A DNA stretch of 64,000 nt, taken from Hadesarchaea archaeon (lineage in GTDB: Archaea; Hadarchaeota; Hadarchaeia; Hadarchaeales; Hadarchaeaceae). The position numbers and the translations under genes are program-made. The DNA is taken from the NCBI GenBank assembly GCA_029259175.1, contig JAPDJH010000001.1:64001-128000 (forward strand), read 5' to 3'. Shown in pieces: positions 52,725 to 62,264 of the stretch (positions within the stretch are counted from its first letter, which is position 1; every line of letters starts with the position of its first letter). The notes under the pieces are model-generated. The model was given only the letters and a program-made list of their open reading frames with translations, ran no database searches and was not told where the DNA came from.

Positions 52725-54557
52725 ATGGAGCGAAAGAAGATCGCTACGCTTTTCGTCGGATTCGCTCTGGTCGCTCTGATCGCGGTAGGGCTTATCCTGC
52801 TCGGTGGAGAAAAAAGGATCGCAGTACCTGAAAACTTTTCCGTCAAATCGGGGATTTTGGAGCACGACGAGGTATGGTCGGGCGAGGTGCTGATCACAGA
52901 CACGGTGGAGGTTCCCCAGGGAGTGACCCTCACCATTGAGCCCGGAACGGTGGTCAAGTTCAAACACTGGAGACACGGGTACGCGGAGCCCGAGGGAAGA
53001 GTTGGGCTCATCGTCGACGGGACGCTCAAGGCCATCGGGACGCCCGATCAACCGATTTGGTTCACCTCAGACGCCACAGATCCCATGAACGGGGACTGGG
53101 AGGGGATCCACTTCCACAATGCCAGCGATGCCAGCATTATCAAGTATGCAATCGTGGAGTTCGCCAATCACTCCAACATCAGTATGTGGAACTCCAGTCC
53201 CACCATTTCGCATGTGATCTCGCGCTGGAACAACTCGGAGGGGATCTACTTAGAGTCTCACTGCTCCCCTGTCATCGAGTACTGCATGATCTACCAGAAC
53301 GGGTTCAACGGGATCGCGATGGAGCAGTTCAACGAAAACGTGTGCATTCAGCACAACTACATTGCCTACAACGGGTCGAGCGGGATCCACCACATGGCCT
53401 CCAGCTCGACGATCAGGCACAACGTCATCGTGGGGAACCAGAACGGGATCTCCTTCATGGACAACAGCTTCGCCCTTGTGGAGCACAACCTCATCCGGGA
53501 CAGCCGGGGGGCGGCCATCTGGTCGGAGACAGGGGGCTCCTCGGCGGTCATCCGCCTCAACACGATCGAGAACAACCCGTGTGCCCTTGGGGGGTTTGAG
53601 TTCTCTCCGTTCGTTCTCGAGTTCAACAATCTGCTGAGCTCGGGGGACGCCGAGATCGCGCTTGAGGAGGAGGCGGCCGGAACCGTGGTGGTGGAGAACA
53701 ACTGGTGGGGGACGACCGATGCGCAGGAGATTTCGGAGAGAATCGCCGCCGGGAGAGCGTCCGTGAGCTTTTCAGCATTTTTGAAGGAGCCGGCGGTCGA
53801 GGCTCCCCAGCTCCTCTTCGACTATGAGGATCTGCGCCCATACGAGCTGGGCTACACCCCAGGAGATCCAGAGCTGGACCGCTTTCCGTGGGTCCTGCCC
53901 GACGACGAGACCCGCAGGGTGGTCAAGCGCATCAGCTCCGGGGACGAGATGCCGTGGAGCCTGGCGTGGGGGGATAATCACCTGTGGGTCGCGAACAATC
54001 TGGGGGTGTTCAAGCTGGATCCGGAGACCGGCGAAGTGGTCGCAGAGTTCCCCAACCCGGGAGTGAGACCGTGGGGGATGGCATTCGATGGGGAGCACCT
54101 GTGGGTGAACGACTTCACAGAGCTCGCGCTCTACGAGCTCGATCCAGACACCGGGGAGGTGCTATCTGAATTCTCGTACGCTGAGCAGTTCCCGGGGGCT
54201 CTGAACGGGCTGGCTTGGAACGGGGAACACCTGTGCCTCACGGGATGGTCTGAGTTCCGGGGGCTGGTCAAGTTCGACCGCGACGGAAATCTCGTTGAGC
54301 AGATACCGACTGAGGAGTGGGTGGGGTGCGGACTGACCTTCGATGGGGAGTTCTTCTGGGCCCCGGACGGCAACGGGAAACTGTGGAAAATCGATCAAGA
54401 AGGAAACTGTGTTGGCTGGATTTCGGCCGGAGGGGCCGTCGGGACGTGGGATCTCGCGTGGGATGGGGAGCACCTCTGGAGCGGGGAGCGGACCTACGAG
54501 GTGTGGGCGGACAACAAGATCTTCGAGCTGGAGATTCTGGAGGTGCAGCCCGCCTGA
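52725..54557 (+). CDS. Membrane-anchored surface protein: right-handed beta-helix plus beta-propeller
   Basis: N-terminal TM; TLTIEPGTVVKF...GT...PIWFTS...DWEGI; N/G/I beta-helix repeats; LAWDGEHLW propeller blades. Confidence 0.8.
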   Translation: MERKKIATLFVGFALVALIAVGLILLGGEKRIAVPENFSVKSGILEHDEVWSGEVLITDTVEVPQGVTLTIEPGTVVKFKHWRHGYAEPEGRVGLIVDGTLKAIGTPDQPIWFTSDATDPMNGDWEGIHFHNASDASIIKYAIVEFANHSNISMWNSSPTISHVISRWNNSEGIYLESHCSPVIEYCMIYQNGFNGIAMEQFNENVCIQHNYIAYNGSSGIHHMASSSTIRHNVIVGNQNGISFMDNSFALVEHNLIRDSRGAAIWSETGGSSAVIRLNTIENNPCALGGFEFSPFVLEFNNLLSSGDAEIALEEEAAGTVVVENNWWGTTDAQEISERIAAGRASVSFSAFLKEPAVEAPQLLFDYEDLRPYELGYTPGDPELDRFPWVLPDDETRRVVKRISSGDEMPWSLAWGDNHLWVANNLGVFKLDPETGEVVAEFPNPGVRPWGMAFDGEHLWVNDFTELALYELDPDTGEVLSEFSYAEQFPGALNGLAWNGEHLCLTGWSEFRGLVKFDRDGNLVEQIPTEEWVGCGLTFDGEFFWAPDGNGKLWKIDQEGNCVGWISAGGAVGTWDLAWDGEHLWSGERTYEVWADNKIFELEILEVQPA

Positions 54558-54623
54558 GCGCGCAGGCGGAGAGTAATGCTTCCAAAAATTATTTTATCGT
54601 GAGGTTCCCTAGAGGAGAATGGG

Positions 54624-54715
54624 CCCGCGGTAACTCAGCCTGGTAGAGTGGCCGGCTGTAGACCCGGACGGCTGAAACCGGCATGTCGGGGGTTCAAATC
54701 CCCCCCGCGGGACCA
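54624..54715 (+). tRNA. tRNA-Tyr (GTA) with 15-nt intron at 37/38, CCA encoded
   Basis: CCCGCGG/CCGCGGG acceptor stem; GCCGG-CTGTAG[54662-54676]A-CCGGC; GGTTCAAATCC. Confidence 0.92.
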
Positions 54716-55905
54716 CCTACAACTTGTCCAGATGCCTCCTCAGAAATTTGCGCCATTTCCTCGAGGGCCCCGCTCTCCTGCAGGGCCCGCTCCACGATGT
54801 CCGGAGCCAACTCTAAGAGCTTCCGCACCACGCGGGCCACGATTTCCTCCTCTTTAGTCCTCCGCTCCTCGATTCTGAAGGCTTCTGAAGGCGAGAGCAC
54901 GGCGGAGCACCGGACGCAGTAAACCGCATCTTTGGGGTTCGCGCACCCGCACCTGGGGCAGACTTTCCGATCCCTTCCGGTGTCTATTCCGTAGTGCTTC
55001 AGCAGGGCGTCGTCCACATCCCTTCCAGAAAGATGGACGTAGCGCGCCGGAACTTGGCTCGTCTTGGTCCAGCCGAAGTAGGTCCTGAGCTGGTCTTCCG
55101 TGAGGACCTTGGCGAGGTGGGTGGCTCTGGTGTGTCTTAGAAGATGCGGGTAGATTCTCCGCTTGCTGAGGCCTGCGCGTCGGGCTGCACGCTTCAGGAT
55201 CTTGTTGAAGTACTCCACCGTGATCGCCTCTCCATTGGAGCCGGGCCAGAGCCACGCGCTGGGATTCTCCCGGTTGGGGTGGGAGTTCATCCATATCTGC
55301 AGATCGTGAACGCTCTCGACCAGCCTGATCCGCCTCATCCCGGTCTTCCCGTTAACCACGATTACGGCCCCGTATTGGTCGAATTCGACATCCCTGATCC
55401 GGAGGCCGAGGAGCTCCCCAGCCCTGCACCCGGACTCGTACCCAACATGGATCAGGGCCCGGTCCCGCGGGTTGCGGGCCCCTACGACGAGGCGCTGAAC
55501 GTCTCCGTAGCTGAGAACCCCCTCCGGGAGCTCCCGCCTCACCTTGGGGACTTTGATCACGCTCACAGGCTCGGGCGTGGGATCCCGCGGACTTCTGCAT
55601 CCGTGAACCCAGCGGAGAAAGCGCTTCACCCTCCGCCGGTAGGTGGAAACGGACTCAGGCCTGTACTCCTTCGAGGAGAGGGAGTCCATCCAAGCAATCA
55701 GATCCTCGCGCGTAAGCTCCTCATACGGCTTCCCGTCGCGCCCGAGGGTTAAAACCGCCTGCACGTTCGCCTTGATGCTCCAAGGGGAAAACCCTGAGAT
55801 CCGCATCTCTTGGACGAACTCCTCCAGCTTCCTGCGCCTGGGCTCCGAGAGCACGGACAGGATTTTGGAGAGCCAGCGGTTGAGGAGTTCGTGAGTCAAG
55901 TTCAT
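54694..55905 (-). CDS. Tyrosine recombinase/integrase with C-terminal zinc ribbon
   Basis: SGCRAGE, GKTG, HLLRHTRAT, YFGW, RYVH catalytic residues; CPRCG..CVRC. Confidence 0.93.
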   Translation of the reverse strand: MNLTHELLNRWLSKILSVLSEPRRRKLEEFVQEMRISGFSPWSIKANVQAVLTLGRDGKPYEELTREDLIAWMDSLSSKEYRPESVSTYRRRVKRFLRWVHGCRSPRDPTPEPVSVIKVPKVRRELPEGVLSYGDVQRLVVGARNPRDRALIHVGYESGCRAGELLGLRIRDVEFDQYGAVIVVNGKTGMRRIRLVESVHDLQIWMNSHPNRENPSAWLWPGSNGEAITVEYFNKILKRAARRAGLSKRRIYPHLLRHTRATHLAKVLTEDQLRTYFGWTKTSQVPARYVHLSGRDVDDALLKHYGIDTGRDRKVCPRCGCANPKDAVYCVRCSAVLSPSEAFRIEERRTKEEEIVARVVRKLLELAPDIVERALQESGALEEMAQISEEASGQVVGGPAGGI

Positions 55906-56978
55906 TTTTTCCCTCTCCTTTTCTTTTTGATATAAAGACGCATTTTTGGAACCCACAATGGGATTAATACATGCTCTTCGTATGACCTCTCTTCTTGTTT
56001 AAACAGGGTTGCTACTAAATTAGTGCCACAGCATGCAATGGCCTTTATCTCAAATGAACTAATTTTTGAATACGGCATACCATAAATCTCGTAAAACTTT
56101 TTCCGATCTTTTTGGTATACTTCTCTCACCCTGCTTATCTCCGGGCCTTCTACAACAGGTCGTATCCACTCTAACAGCTCCTCAAGTTGTCTTGTGGTGT
56201 TATAATTTCTCGCAACATTAAGCGCGGGAAATATCTCGGGATCATCTCTTTTGTCTTTGAAGAATTCTTCCAATTCTTCGGGCTTTTTTAATGCATATGT
56301 CCACGCTTCACGTGTTCCCGGATGTAAAGGAATCTCGCTAACAAGATATGTAAAAAGTGTTTCTAGTTCGGTTCTAAGCAATTCCCAGTTGAAACGAGCG
56401 AGTCCCCTAATAAGCTCCGCCTCATTAAGGGAGTATTCAAAAAGTTGATATTGTGTTTTTAGCCCCCCTTCGAGAGTCTCGCGCATTTCTTTCGTTTCTT
56501 CCATCCATTCACGGTAGCATGCGAACGATTGAGAATGGGGGCAATCTAAGAGCTTCCCTTTTTTAGATCTTCTGATTTCAAGAGATGAAATAACCAAGAT
56601 GGTATCAATAACATCATTGGTTAGTATCTCCTTTCCTTTTTCGACATCGAGCTGAATAAGGCTTGAAATATTAGATAAGTGTCTCAAAGTTCTTCCAACT
56701 GGGGTATTGTCCACCAACTCTATTAGGATTCTATAACGCTTCCCAGGGCCTCTTTCTAAAGGAGGCGCAACTTTGCGTATTATTTTGCCTTCTTCTTCCA
56801 TTTTTGAAAGGCACTCGCTAAGAGATGTCCGTGCAAGACCTGTTTCTATGACAAGATCTTCGAAGGTTTTAGGTCCTTTTTCTAAGGCTTCTTCAATTTT
56901 TCTTTCACTTATCTTTGGACGCCCACGCTTACGTCCCATGTTCCACCACGCCTTTCGTTTCATTTTCATAAAATCCAT
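55902..56978 (-). CDS. wHTH regulator with unknown C-terminal domain (start may be 56939)
   Basis: GPKTFEDLVIETGLARTSLSECLSKMEEEGKIIR; AT-rich. Confidence 0.7.
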   Translation of the reverse strand: MDFMKMKRKAWWNMGRKRGRPKISERKIEEALEKGPKTFEDLVIETGLARTSLSECLSKMEEEGKIIRKVAPPLERGPGKRYRILIELVDNTPVGRTLRHLSNISSLIQLDVEKGKEILTNDVIDTILVISSLEIRRSKKGKLLDCPHSQSFACYREWMEETKEMRETLEGGLKTQYQLFEYSLNEAELIRGLARFNWELLRTELETLFTYLVSEIPLHPGTREAWTYALKKPEELEEFFKDKRDDPEIFPALNVARNYNTTRQLEELLEWIRPVVEGPEISRVREVYQKDRKKFYEIYGMPYSKISSFEIKAIACCGTNLVATLFKQEERSYEEHVLIPLWVPKMRLYIKKKRRGKK

Positions 56979-56985
56979 ATTTTAG

Positions 56986-57016
56986 TAGGGAAAACTTACT
57001 TATATAGTTTTCTCTA
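56986..57016. promoter_or_regulatory. Inverted repeat flanking a TATA box between divergent regulators
   Basis: TAGGGAAAACT-TACTTATAT-AGTTTTCTCTA, 10/11 arm match. Confidence 0.55.
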
Positions 57017-57034
57017 ACATATTTTTGTGAAAAA

Positions 57035-57238
57035 ATGGCAGCAGAAACAAAAAGGAGAATAATCAACTTGGGAGGATCGGGTGTAATAGCGATTCCTCCA
57101 GATTTTCGCCGTTATTACGGGTTGAAACCTGGTTCGGAGGTTCGGGTGCTTTACGATTCGGTACTTTTGATTGTTCCTTCCAAGTGCGAGCAGAAGTTGA
57201 AAGAAAAAGAGGAACTAGTCCGGAGGTTACTGGAGTGA
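57035..57238 (+). CDS. AbrB/MazE/SpoVT DNA-binding protein
   Basis: RRIINLGGSGVIAIPPDFRRYYGLKPGSEV. Confidence 0.85.
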   Translation: MAAETKRRIINLGGSGVIAIPPDFRRYYGLKPGSEVRVLYDSVLLIVPSKCEQKLKEKEELVRRLLE

Positions 57239-57331
57239 AGCCGGAATCCGCCCACACTCCTGCTTTCAACGCGCTTTTCAAATTCGCTCGAGAGCGCGGG
57301 CTCTTGAAGCGCGAAAAAGGAGGGAAGAAGC

Positions 57332-57577
57332 GTGAAGCCGGGAGAACGACCAAACATGGGGATGGGAAATAAAGACATCGAAATCCACATCCGGGCTATT
57401 GTCATCTCGCTTGAGCGCGAGCCCGAGGTGGTGCTCACAGCTGGGCAGGCTGGAATCGTTCGCATGCGAGGGGTTGAAAGCGTGAGCGGTGTTCCGAGCT
57501 TTATTCTTCCCGGCCCAAACCCGTCTTCAAGATTCGACAAAACGGGAAGGGTGGAAAGCTATGACATCAAACGGTGA
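57332..57577 (+). CDS. Small hypothetical protein
   Basis: ORF between AbrB and primase genes, same strand, GGAGG upstream. Confidence 0.45.
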   Translation: MKPGERPNMGMGNKDIEIHIRAIVISLEREPEVVLTAGQAGIVRMRGVESVSGVPSFILPGPNPSSRFDKTGRVESYDIKR

Positions 57578-60236
57578 AATCCCGAAAGCTGAAAACCTTC
57601 CGTCCGAACTCCTCAGACTCAACCGCTTCGTCGTCTGGCGCGAGGAGAAAAGAGGGAAGAAGCTGGTCAAGATCCCGTGTGCCCCGTGGAGGACCGGACA
57701 CTGGGGTCCGGCTTCCGCCACCGATCCGGACAACTGGACCGATTTCGAAACGGCGGTGGGATGGGCTGAGAAAAAACCTGACCATGGCGTTGGGTTCGTG
57801 CTCGGCGATGGAGTTGTGGGGATAGACCTCGACGGTTGCATCGACGAGAACGGAAATCTTACAGAGTTCGCGAACGAGCTCTTGCACCGCGCTGGCTCCT
57901 ACGCCGAGCTTTCACCATCGGCGCACGGAATTCACATCCTCGTGCGCGGGAGGCTCGATCAAGCGATCAAGCGGGACGACATCGGGCTAGAGGTCTATCC
58001 ATGCGGTCGGTTCTTCACACTTACCGGGCGGCGCTGGAAGCACGCGCCTTTGGAAATTCGTGAAAACCAAACCCTGCTCGACGAACTCCGAGAGAAGTTC
58101 GGTCGTGAGGTGAGGGTCGAGAAGGGCGGTGAGGGTGTGAGCGTTATCGAAATTATGGAAAAGCTGGCCCCCGAGGGGCTGAAAGCGCTGAAAAAGCGCG
58201 GGAAGAACCTCCAGGGGCCGCACCCGGTTCACGGGAGCACCACCGGCTGGAATTTCTCCATAAACCTTGAGAAGAATTCTTGGTTTTGCTACCGCCACTG
58301 GACTGGTGGTGGACCGTTTTCATTGGTCGGAATCTTGGGCAAAATCATTCAATGTGAAGATGTCCAAAAGTATGGGGGAAAATATCCCAACGAGATTGGG
58401 GACAGGATTTCAGAGCTGGCGCGAAAGCATGAAATCCAGTTTAAAGGAAAAGAGGCCCTTACTGTAGATCTCGGGAAGTACACCCTCCGGGTTTTGGGGA
58501 AGAACGCAATCCTACACGATCAGAAGGGGGATCCGGTCGAGGTTTTCCCTCTCCGCTTCCTGACCGCCGAGCGAGCGAAGGAAAAAATTCGGCAGATAAC
58601 CGGCATTGCGAAGGAGGAGATCGGCGCGAAAATGGCTCAGTTAATTCTGAAGCTCGAGGAAAACGAAAATGAAGAAAAAGACGAGGGTGAACTCGACATT
58701 AAGCCAGTTTTCGAATCGGAGTGGAAGGCCATACACCCAGCTCTCGACTTCCTTGATGGGGTTGCCTACATTGGTGTTCAGCTCCCTTGCGAGGTGGGGG
58801 GAAACGGCAACCCTGCTGATCTTCGGGACTTCCATTTCCTGATCACCAGCGAAAGAGAGAGAATTTTGGGGAGAAAAAAAGAGCTAGCCGAGCGCAGGAT
58901 CAAGCTGGCTCACCGCGTTATCACCTTCCCGAACCGGTGGAGCTTGGACGGTATCAGGAGTTGGCTCGATGGGGGAAAGATCGTTGAAAAAACAAAACTC
59001 TACCGAATGGTGCGGAGCGCGTTCGAGGACTACATGGAGTTCCAAGATGAGACCGATTACGATTTTCTAACCCTATGGACTATCGGCACCTATGTTTTCC
59101 CGATTTTTGGAGCATACCCCTATGTGTTCATTGGAGGGATTAAGGGAGTTGGGAAGACCAAGCTATTGACCCTCCTGAGCCTTATGGCTTTCAATGCTAT
59201 CTTTTCTGGGAATCTCTCCAGCGCTGCGCTCTTCCGTCTGATCCAGAGCGGGAGGGCCACAGTTTTATTGGATGAGAGCGAAAAGCTGGACAACCCGGAG
59301 AGAGCGCAGGAGCTACGGTGCCTCCTGCTGAACGGCTACAAGCGAGGAGGCTTGGTCTACCGCGTGAACAAAGACACGGGGAGACCGGAGCCTTTCGAGG
59401 TTTACTCACCCAAAGCTATCGCCAACATTCGGGGATTGGAAGACATTCTGGAGGATCGCTGCGTCAGCATTGTTATCGTAAAGGGAAAGACGGATGTGAT
59501 TGACCGGGAGCCAGAGATAGAAGACCCGAGGTGGGAGAAAATCCGGGATGCTCTTTATACTTTTGCTCTAACTCACCATAAGAGAATAGTTCAAATAAAA
59601 AATGAAATCGGTAAGCTGGAGGAACTGAGAGCGCGAAGCCGCGAGATTTGGCTCCCCATCCTAACCCTCGCCAAATTCTTTGATGAGGGCAGGGGGCTTT
59701 ACGATAGGATTCTGAAATACGCGATTCAGAAGGAGGATGAGCGCCTCGTCGAAAACATCACGGAGACTCGGGAGTACTTACTGGTGCAAGCTCTCACCAA
59801 ACTCGTCCAATCGAAAAAAAATTCTTCAGAAATATATGAGGATGGGTACCTCCCGGTACATAAAATCAAAGACGCGTTGGCTGAGTACTTCGATGGAGAG
59901 CAGCGCTGGCTCACTTCACGCTGGATTGGGAAAGCCCTCCGGCGGCTGGGGTTCAAGGATAAGCGCCGAGTGGGAACTGGCTACGAATATCTGATCCCTG
60001 CTGATAAAGTTTCGGACCTAGCTGAGAGGCTCCAGATCAGGCGGCCTCTGCTCCAAGAGTTTTACAAAGTGTTGCAGAGACTTGCGGAAAGGAGAGGTGA
60101 GTTCTCCGAGGATGAGCTGATATCTAAGTGTAAAGAGGCGGGAATTGAGAGCCCCCGGCCATTCATCAAGAGAGCCAAAGAGCGCGGAGACTTGGTTCCC
60201 CTCCCAGATGGGAACCTCCAGGTGGTGTTGAGATGA
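57561..60236 (+). CDS. Primase-polymerase (AEP) + Zn-finger-like domain + P-loop helicase replication protein
   Basis: VVW..KIP, GVGFVL..GIDLDGC, YAELSPSAHGIHI; HPVHGSTTG.NF..WFCYRH.TGGG; GIKGVGKT, LLDESE. Confidence 0.85.
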   Translation: MTSNGEIPKAENLPSELLRLNRFVVWREEKRGKKLVKIPCAPWRTGHWGPASATDPDNWTDFETAVGWAEKKPDHGVGFVLGDGVVGIDLDGCIDENGNLTEFANELLHRAGSYAELSPSAHGIHILVRGRLDQAIKRDDIGLEVYPCGRFFTLTGRRWKHAPLEIRENQTLLDELREKFGREVRVEKGGEGVSVIEIMEKLAPEGLKALKKRGKNLQGPHPVHGSTTGWNFSINLEKNSWFCYRHWTGGGPFSLVGILGKIIQCEDVQKYGGKYPNEIGDRISELARKHEIQFKGKEALTVDLGKYTLRVLGKNAILHDQKGDPVEVFPLRFLTAERAKEKIRQITGIAKEEIGAKMAQLILKLEENENEEKDEGELDIKPVFESEWKAIHPALDFLDGVAYIGVQLPCEVGGNGNPADLRDFHFLITSERERILGRKKELAERRIKLAHRVITFPNRWSLDGIRSWLDGGKIVEKTKLYRMVRSAFEDYMEFQDETDYDFLTLWTIGTYVFPIFGAYPYVFIGGIKGVGKTKLLTLLSLMAFNAIFSGNLSSAALFRLIQSGRATVLLDESEKLDNPERAQELRCLLLNGYKRGGLVYRVNKDTGRPEPFEVYSPKAIANIRGLEDILEDRCVSIVIVKGKTDVIDREPEIEDPRWEKIRDALYTFALTHHKRIVQIKNEIGKLEELRARSREIWLPILTLAKFFDEGRGLYDRILKYAIQKEDERLVENITETREYLLVQALTKLVQSKKNSSEIYEDGYLPVHKIKDALAEYFDGEQRWLTSRWIGKALRRLGFKDKRRVGTGYEYLIPADKVSDLAERLQIRRPLLQEFYKVLQRLAERRGEFSEDELISKCKEAGIESPRPFIKRAKERGDLVPLPDGNLQVVLR

Positions 60237-60241
60237 GGAGA

Positions 60242-60410
60242 TTAGTGAACTTAGTGAACATAAGTGAACTTGGTGAACTTGGAAAAGAGAGGACATTTTT
60301 TATTAGAAGAGGCGTTGCCCCGGAATGGGTGTTTCAGCGCTTCTCTTGCAACAAAAACGGGGGGTCTCCAGTAAGTTCACTAAATTCACTAAAGTTCACT
60401 AAGTTCACCT
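60242..60410. repeat. Two opposed arrays of 9-10 bp repeats (iteron-like origin)
   Basis: 4x (T/A)(A/G)GTGAAC at 60242-60278 and 4x (G/A)TTCAC(TAA) at 60375-60410. Confidence 0.75.
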
Positions 60411-60439
60411 GTCAAAACCCGTGGAAAGGCGTAATCTCA

Positions 60440-61525
60440 ATGCCCGACTTCAAAAATTGGAAGGAAAATGCGAAAAAGGGGTTTTCCAGCTTCCTACATC
60501 TTAATCCTCCTCGAAAAATCTTCCGCCCAAAGAAGAGTTTCGGTAAGGGTCTAGGAATAGGCCAAAATACACAAAAAGGAGAATCCAACGGAACCCGCTC
60601 CTCTAATAATATAATAAACGATGGAGGCGACGATTTTGTGTCTGTAAACCAAGAACGCGAAGGGGCGCCTTTCATAATGCCATCAACCACACCTTCCAGG
60701 TTTGTGAAACTCCTGCTCCCGTCCGGCGAGCTCACAAAACCCCCCGAGCAGAAGGTGGTGGCCGACTGGGACATTTTCCTCAGGTACTCCCCCGTCGAGC
60801 CCATGTCCCCCGTCGCTCTCCGGTTCCTCTGGGAGTGCATGGAAGGATCCCAAAGCTTCGAGAGCTTCATCGCGCGTGCCTTTTCATTCGAGCCAGCGCC
60901 CGCTGCGGTCTACACACGCGAACTCCACTACCTCAGGAACGAGGGCTACATTTCGGTGCACCACTCGACCAGGCGCGGCGGGAAGCTGTACCGTTACTAC
61001 GCGCCCACGCGAAAGGGGAGGGAGTACATCAGGAGGGCGACCGACTTCAGAGCGGTCGGCGGTCGGGAGGCCCGCGAAATCGCAAGAGCGGTTTTCGATG
61101 AGATGGTGTGGACTGGGTGGTTCATCTCGGTCGCGCGAAAGCAGGTCGGTATCCAAGTTCCCGATCTCGTCGCCCACAACGCCGAGCCCTTCCTGCCCTA
61201 CTGGTATCTCATGAGCTTCGACACGAGCGAGAAAGATCGCGACCGCAGGGCCCACATGCTCGCAGTTGAGGTGGAAACCTCGCGGGAGCTGAGGGCCAAC
61301 CGCGAGCAGGTGCGCAGGAACCTCTCGAAGTGGAAGGATCTCGGGTTCGGCGGTCTGCTCGTCGCCGTCAAAAACAACCGCGATCTGGAATACTTGGCGA
61401 GCCGCTACCTCTCCAGCGTCGACATAGACGAGAAAATCTGGGTTTTCAATGTCGAATCCACAATGTTTCACGATCTCTACTCTATCTTCGAGGAGGAGGA
61501 AGACGAAGAAAATCTGATCGAATAA
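60440..61525 (+). CDS. wHTH plus PD-(D/E)xK-like protein (start uncertain, 60440 or 60677)
   Basis: ELHYLRNEGYI..YYAPTRKGREYI; VPDLVA...LAVEVET. Confidence 0.55.
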   Translation: MPDFKNWKENAKKGFSSFLHLNPPRKIFRPKKSFGKGLGIGQNTQKGESNGTRSSNNIINDGGDDFVSVNQEREGAPFIMPSTTPSRFVKLLLPSGELTKPPEQKVVADWDIFLRYSPVEPMSPVALRFLWECMEGSQSFESFIARAFSFEPAPAAVYTRELHYLRNEGYISVHHSTRRGGKLYRYYAPTRKGREYIRRATDFRAVGGREAREIARAVFDEMVWTGWFISVARKQVGIQVPDLVAHNAEPFLPYWYLMSFDTSEKDRDRRAHMLAVEVETSRELRANREQVRRNLSKWKDLGFGGLLVAVKNNRDLEYLASRYLSSVDIDEKIWVFNVESTMFHDLYSIFEEEEDEENLIE

Positions 61526-61526
61526 A

Positions 61527-62261
61527 ACCGGCGAGCTCGTTCCGGGAGCGGGCGCGTGGGACTACCAGCAGGGGACGCAGCTCACCGCCCGGGCGACCCC
61601 GAACGAGGACTGGGTGTTCGAGGGGTGGTACGACGTGACGGAGGGGTCGGAGTCCCTCCTGAGTTCAAACGAGTCGCTCGAGCTCACCCTCGACTCAGAC
61701 CTCACGCTCGAGGCCCGCTTCCACCCGGAGCACGTCACGGTGACCATCGGCGACCCAGTTCCGCCCGAGGGAGGGACCTCGGATCCAAGCCCCGGGACCT
61801 ACGAGGTGGACTACGGGAGCGACTTCACCGCGAGCGCGAGCGCGAGCGAGCACTACGAGTTCTCGGGGTGGGCGACCTCGAACACGAACTTCTACGGGAC
61901 GCTCGTCAGCACCTCGAACCCCTACACGTTCACCGCGACCGAGGACGTCACCCTCTACCCGTGGTTCGAGCCGGGCGGAACGGACGGGTGGGATGGCCTT
62001 CCCGGCACCGTGTACGCCGAGGCCGCCGAGCCGTGCGTGGACGTGTGGATAACCTCGTCGGGCGCGATGCTGGACTACGGCTCCGCCTCGGGGGGGCCCG
62101 CGGTGGGTTTCTACTCCGCGTCCAGCGGCACCGTGGAGGTTATCGTAGAAGGAGCGGGCTGGGTCAGCCAGGGGGCGGCGTACGTTTCAGCCGACGCGGA
62201 GATCGTGGAAGTCTCGTTTGACGAGTGGAGCGGGCAAACTCAAGGATGGTCTGGTTGGTAA
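61527..62261 (+). pseudogene. 5'-truncated surface protein with InlB B-repeat-like domains
   Basis: Frame open from 61518 without start or signal peptide; TARATPNEDWVFEGW and ASASEHYEFSGW repeats. Confidence 0.55.
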
Positions 62262-62264
62262 AAC

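Noticed and set aside
50094-53051. Long minus-strand ORFs (379 and 485 aa)
   Set aside because: Shadows of nadX/nadC and DUF763 in GC-rich DNA; no motifs
60242-60410. CRISPR array
   Set aside because: Repeats are 9-10 bp and contiguous with no spacers; no CRISPR array or cas gene seen anywhere in the window
60233-60439. N-terminus of the 430-aa ORF (VNLVNISELGEL...SLKFTKFT)
   Set aside because: It is the translation of the repeat arrays; the real start is probably downstream
61829-61851. GCGAGC tandem hexamer
   Set aside because: Encodes ASASAS in a beta strand; too short and in frame, so not a phase-variation tract
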